Positions 58,691-64,000 of a DNA stretch of 64,000 nt are shown here, in pieces (position 1 is the stretch's first letter; each line of letters starts with the position of its first letter). A model generated the notes under the pieces. It was not told the origin of the DNA and searched no databases. It was given only the letters and a program-made list of their open reading frames with translations. Origin of the DNA: the human T2T-CHM13v2.0 reference genome, Homo sapiens; NCBI RefSeq assembly GCF_009914755.1, contig NC_060938.1; one strand, written 5' to 3'. A program made the position numbers and the translations under genes.

Positions 58691-61600
58691 AAAGAAATAT
58701 AGGCTAAATAATAATCTTATAATCAAAAGAAAATGCAAAAGATCAGGACTTTAAAAGTATAAGAATCACAGTGACTCAAGGAATTATGACACTTGAGTGA
58801 CACATTTTTTCACCATGCACCCCATGATTAATAATCTTCAACTGTTTTCTATTATAAGATTTTATGACTCAGATTTACATTTCTGGAAGGTAGGTTCTGA
58901 TTGTCTTATCTTAGGTAAAACAACAAGTCTTTTTCCAGCAGGCTAGAGGACACTTTGATTAGCAGTTACAGTAAGATTGCACAAAATGAGATATGGGTAC
59001 TTCCCTAGAGAAATCATGTTTTTCTTACAAGAATAAAAGAAAATAGAAATGAACTCCATAGTATCTTATAAATTGCAGAAATTAAGTGTGAGTAAAATAT
59101 TACCCAGTCTTGCAAGATTTGTAATCTAAGTTGTTAAAATCTATTGATAGCAAAATTCTTTGCGTCATCTTAATAATATCAAGGACTGTTAGAATGCCTA
59201 AAGCTATTTTATATTTATCTTCTAAACTCTTGCATTTTAAACTGAAAAACTACTAACCCTAGAACTATAGCAGTGTATCAGGGGAAACAAGACTAGACAA
59301 GTGGTTGCATTTTTCTAGATTTCTCCTACCAGCAGAATAAAGATATGATTGAGATTTATTTGGAAATTGACTCCATTCTAAATCTTATGGAATGGGGAAG
59401 GTTGAGGGATAGATAAAAGTCTTTGAGTACAAAATATTATCCATAATATTACTTCAATGTAAATCCCCACATAAAATATTAAACAAAAACCTATCTAATA
59501 TCCCTGGAATAAAATCACAAGTTATAATACTTCTATTAAAATATAGACATGAATATGTCTTCCAAACCAACCAGTAGTATACTTTCTCCACTCTTGTTTA
59601 TTTTTAAATAAGAAGGGAAATGAAACTGCATCTTAGGAATTTTAATATAAAACATGTATTCACTACGAAACTCATTGGCAAAAGTTGTTCAAAATTCTCT
59701 TTCAAAAACCACTTGGCAAATAAAACTCTTATCTGCTCTTCTCACAAAAGAAACTAAATTTCTGTTCTCTCCTGCCCTTTGAAAACAGATAATTGAATGA
59801 GAGATTCATAATGGAATTCTTTTGCAGTGTGCCTAAATATTTGGCATCAGGCCAAATTGAAAGAGCTCTAAGGACTTTTAAACTGAAAAATTAACCTTAA
59901 GTTGAAAACAGGTGACTTTTGAAATGTTTAAAACTTCCTGAGGTGCTTAATATCATTCTATTCTCAATAAGTCAATTTTCCAAATATTAAAGAAACTTTA
60001 GAATTCTAGAGTAGTCCTAAATTCATGCTGCATGAAGAGAAAAAGGGCAAGCTAAAAATCCTTTTCATGGTTAAACTATCTGATATGTCAGGACATCAAA
60101 GATCTATCTAACAGCCCTAAGGGAGAAGTGGTTAAGTTGAAAATACAAGCTCCATCTAATAAAACCAAAGGAAATAAAAAAAGAAAAGAAAAGACATTCT
60201 GAAGAAAGAGAAGCTGTGACCTGCCAGTCACTCAACAGAAACTACTGACTACTTAGCCAGCAAAAAATGGAGTCTGACTCAGAGAAAATGTGATCCTATT
60301 AGCTTGACTGTCAGAAGAGGTGATGAAGCGCCTAGAAAAAGAAAATAATTTAATGCATTTAATTGGGAATAAAACTTATCAGCCAGTGTTCTAAAGTAAT
60401 AATATAGGCTACAAGACAGTATGTCCATCCATGAATGGATTGAGCTTTCAATGACACTCATGGAAATATCTGTACATCTGCCAAGTCATGTTTGCATATA
60501 AGGAAGAGAAATTTCAAATTGACTCTAAAAATGGACTTGTAAAGAGATATAGATCTATCATAATCCTAGAAAAATCTGAACATTCTAGGCATCTGATTGA
60601 CAAAGCTCAGCCTATGGATTGATTTCTTTGGGGCCAAGTATCTACCCATAGTCCAATAAGCTTTGGCCAGTGGTAGACAGATTCATGTGGTAGAAACGGT
60701 ACAAAGGCAGGAAGAAAGCAAAGTTGGAGTGGATTGATCAGAAGTGGAATGAAAAAGACTGTTATGATCTGCTTATCTAGTACATTAAACCCTCTATTCT
60801 TGCCTTTCAAATATACTGCTCCAAATACTCAATAATTTTCTCCCCTAATATGATCTAATGGCTACATTTGTAAGTAAAAAGACACTCTTCCCTCTGAATA
60901 GAATAGAACATAACAGATCACAGTGAATGGAACTTTATAAGGGTTAGCATTGTTTCTGGAAACTTGTTTCTGCTTACACATACACACACCCCATACAAAT
61001 GTGTGTGCTAAAGCCAAGGTAAAATGTGCTTATTATACATCAATTTCTGCAATTTCTTTTCATCAGTTTTGGTGCACCAGCTGCAGGCAGAAGGGAACTC
61101 CCGCACCATTTTTACAAAATGTGTTTCCTTTTGCTCCATAAGCCAAGTATTTGGGGACCTGAGTTTATCTGTCATGCTGTAATTTACCCAGTGCTCCAAA
61201 AGGAACAATTCAACCTTACCATTCTTGTATTTTCCATCCCTTTAACTACTCTATAATAGCAAAAATGCAAGCATCAAAAGCCTGACCCTCCAGTTGGCAC
61301 ATGATCCTGATAAATCATCAGATCATAGTTTATCCATAAAGAGTGTTAGCTTTGCATTTTCAGATAAGAAGAGATGTTTCCTTATCCTTTCTCCCAATAA
61401 AATCCAATAATAAATCCAAACATTGGATCTTCTCTATGTCCCTTACTCCCCATGATTATTCTCTGCCTTAGTCTCTCTTCACAGAAAGATATGAGTTTCT
61501 TAGCAGCCTTGAGCAAACAGAACAACCAACCCTTAGTAAGAATGGAGCCTGAAAGGCTGCAGAGAAATCGAATCAGGATTTTGTGCACTTTCTCTTAAGA

Positions 61601-61844
61601 GACAGATTTAATGTTTAATATTCAATGTTTAACAAATTCTAAATTTTGAGTAGTGGTTAAAAAAAGAGGATTATCAGAAATTAGTATTAGTCATTCCAGT
61701 GCCAAATACAATTAAGCAAGACCATAAAATCCAAAACTGAAATCAGTGATCATTTCCCTCAGGAAATTTTAACCACAAATTTCCCTATGTCTTAGCAAGC
61801 AGGGACTAACAGATATTATCAGAAACACAAAGGATATAGTATTT

Positions 61845-62000
61845 ATAGTCATTGCATGCCTCTATCATAGCACTTAACCATATTATAAAGAAATTCTCTG
61901 TGTACATATTAGTAACTCCCACTAGACTGTAAATTCCTTTGGGCCTTATTCATCTTTGTTTAATAGAACACCAAGTATGTATTAGGTGCTCTGTACTGTC
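61845..62000 (+). mobile_element. L2 3' end
   Basis: CTCCCACTAGACTGTAAATTCCTT...CTTATTCATCTTTG...TAGGTGCTC. Confidence 0.65.
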
Positions 62001-62299
62001 ATTTATTCTAAATACTAAATAGCATATTCACTCTTAGGTAATCTATTTGCTGTACTTATAAGTCTTTGAACTAAAGAATTCTTTCAGATACCATTATAAC
62101 TACATGCCTGAAACAGGTGGACCACAATTGACAATTCAATTAAGATTCTGATGCCCACAGAAGACAAACTAAATAAGAACACTCCTATAGAATGCCTATC
62201 GCACACATCTTAAACTCCTTAGATTGACTCACACAAGTATAATAGCACCACTAATCATGTTTCATCTTCCAAAGTTCAGAAGTCTATGATCTCCAAAGC

Positions 62300-62520
62300 A
62301 GCACATCACAGTTAAGAGGCAGAAAAAGAAAAAACTAGGTTCTAGTTCTAATGCCTTCACTTTTCAGCTGAGATAAAAACTTGACCCTCATTCAGTTTCT
62401 TCATTTATAATAAATTAGGTATAATTAAAGTTTATTATCATAGAATAAAATAATGTTTCATGCATGTAGCACAGTATCTAACACATAGTAAACAATCAGT
62501 TTATAGTTTTTATCAGTATT
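62300..62520 (+). mobile_element. MIR SINE
   Basis: CTAGGTTCTAGTTCT...CAGTTTCTTCATTTATAAT...GTAGCACAGTATCTAACACATAGTAAAC. Confidence 0.65.
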
Positions 62521-63222
62521 ATTACCACCACTATTAAAAGAGAAGAAAAGGAAACAGAAGAAAAGTACCCATGTTATATTTTAAAATAGGTTAAGCAGTT
62601 TTTAAAGAACAGTCCATGACTTTAGTAACTCTACAAAAATCTTGTTGGCATTTCATTAGAAAAGTCTGTAGTTATCAACATACACTATTATGAAATTATT
62701 GGTATGAGAAAAATTGTTGCTACAAGTACTTTCTTTTCAGATTCAGTAGCAACTCATATACTGATTATAGAGTGATATTTTCTTTAAAAAAACATACAAT
62801 TAGCTATTTTCTTTTTTTTTTTTGAGATGCTGTTTTCTAATTAAACCTTTTATTAAGTCTAAAACCATGTTTTTGAAAAGTGAAGTTGTGAAACATTTAT
62901 ATCCAAATTGCCACAGTGACCAGAAGGCTAGTACAATAGTTTTAGAAATTATATACAGGATTTGGAGCTCTCCAATAGACCACCAAATTATGAGAAATTC
63001 TACAGATATAAGATTCTTCCCTGTACTCACAATCTTGAAACAAATAAACCTCAATTTCTTTTTGAATTCAAGGGATAAACAAACATATTTTAAGGAAGGC
63101 AATAAAATGGAAACTGAAATAGTTCTAGGAAAAAAAGCTAAATATGAGCAAAGGTTATGAATAGGTATGTCACAAAATCTTGCAAATGGTCAATTAGCTC
63201 ATGCAAAGACATGAAACTCACT

Positions 63223-63601
63223 TGATATGGTTTGGATTTGTATCCCTGCCTAGATCTCATGGGAAATTGTAATCCCCAATAATGGAGGAGAGGCCTGGTG
63301 GGAGGTGATTAGATCCTCATAGGGACAGACATCCCCTTTGCTGTTTTTGTGATAGTGAGTGAGTTCTCACAAGACCTGGTTGTTTAAAAGTGTGCAGCAC
63401 TTCCCACTTCACCCTCTGCCTCCTGTTCTGGCCGTGTAAGATGTGCCTTCTTCCTTTTCACCTTCTGCCATGATTTTAAGTTTCCTGAGGCCTCGCCAGA
63501 CATGCCTCCTGTACAATGTTCCACAATGTGAGCCAATTAAACCTCTTTTCTTTATAAATTACACAGTCTCAGATATTTATAGCAATGCAATATGGCCCAA
63601 C
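63223..63601 (+). mobile_element. MSTA MaLR LTR; terminal bases cut off by the adjacent LTR
   Basis: TGATATGGTTTGGATTTGTATCCC...GAGCCAATTAAACCTCTTTTCTTTATAAATTACACAGTCTCAG. Confidence 0.88.
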
Positions 63602-64000
63602 TGTCCCATAGAAGTGATGTTTATGGTTTCTTTTGAATAAATGTAGAAATTGACTCTACCAGTCTTAAAACTTGAGAAAGTTACATTTTTCTTATCTGAA
63701 TTCCTTTCTCAGGAAATCAACCATCAAACTTCTTAGATACTATCAAGAAAGTGAAACTTACCACATCACCACATCTGGGCAATGAGATGCCAGACCCTTC
63801 ACTAATCATGATTGCCTAACTGACTTCCTGTTCCTGCTTCCCTTCCTGCTTCCTGTTGACCAACTCCTCTTCCTTACCTCTAAGGAAGGGGTCAGAGGAC
63901 TTGGTTTTTCCCATACATTATTACATTTCTTCCCTGCTGAATAAATCTCTAATTTTAGTCAGAGAGATAGATTTGAGACTGATTTCCCATCTGCTTGACT
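63602..64000 (+). mobile_element. ERV LTR (family uncertain, possibly LTR47B-like), runs off the window
   Basis: TG start TGTCCCATAGAAGTGATGTTTATGG, TATA-like GAATAAATC near 63940, LTR-like composition. Confidence 0.6.

Overview
AT-rich, repeat-dense primate (probably human or great-ape) intergenic or deep-intronic DNA. I found no recognisable host protein-coding exon, RNA gene, CpG island or CRISPR array. Every long ORF is LINE-1 ORF2, and the short ORFs I could recognise fall in Alu, L1 or LTR sequence. Main contents: two direct-orientation L1PA copies 10.1 kb apart (1-3978, 10506-14112); a short L1PA3 insertion carrying a 3' transduction (23529-23823); older L1M/L1MA/L1ME pieces; four minus-strand Alus; a THE1B provirus with a truncated 3' LTR; many solo MaLR/ERV1/ERVL LTRs; a near full-length Tigger1; MER44B, MER47, MER58, MER5 and MER1B DNA transposons; and L2/MIR relics. 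Family names come from remembered consensus sequences and need RepeatMasker/Dfam confirmation. I found no new autonomous biological system. The most notable signals are: private mutations shared between the two L1PA copies of different subfamilies (probable local gene conversion), the L1 3' transduction, a triplicated AP-1 motif inside MER44B, an ancient MLT1 fragment inside a younger MSTD LTR, a lone AluS left monomer, and several small local duplications.
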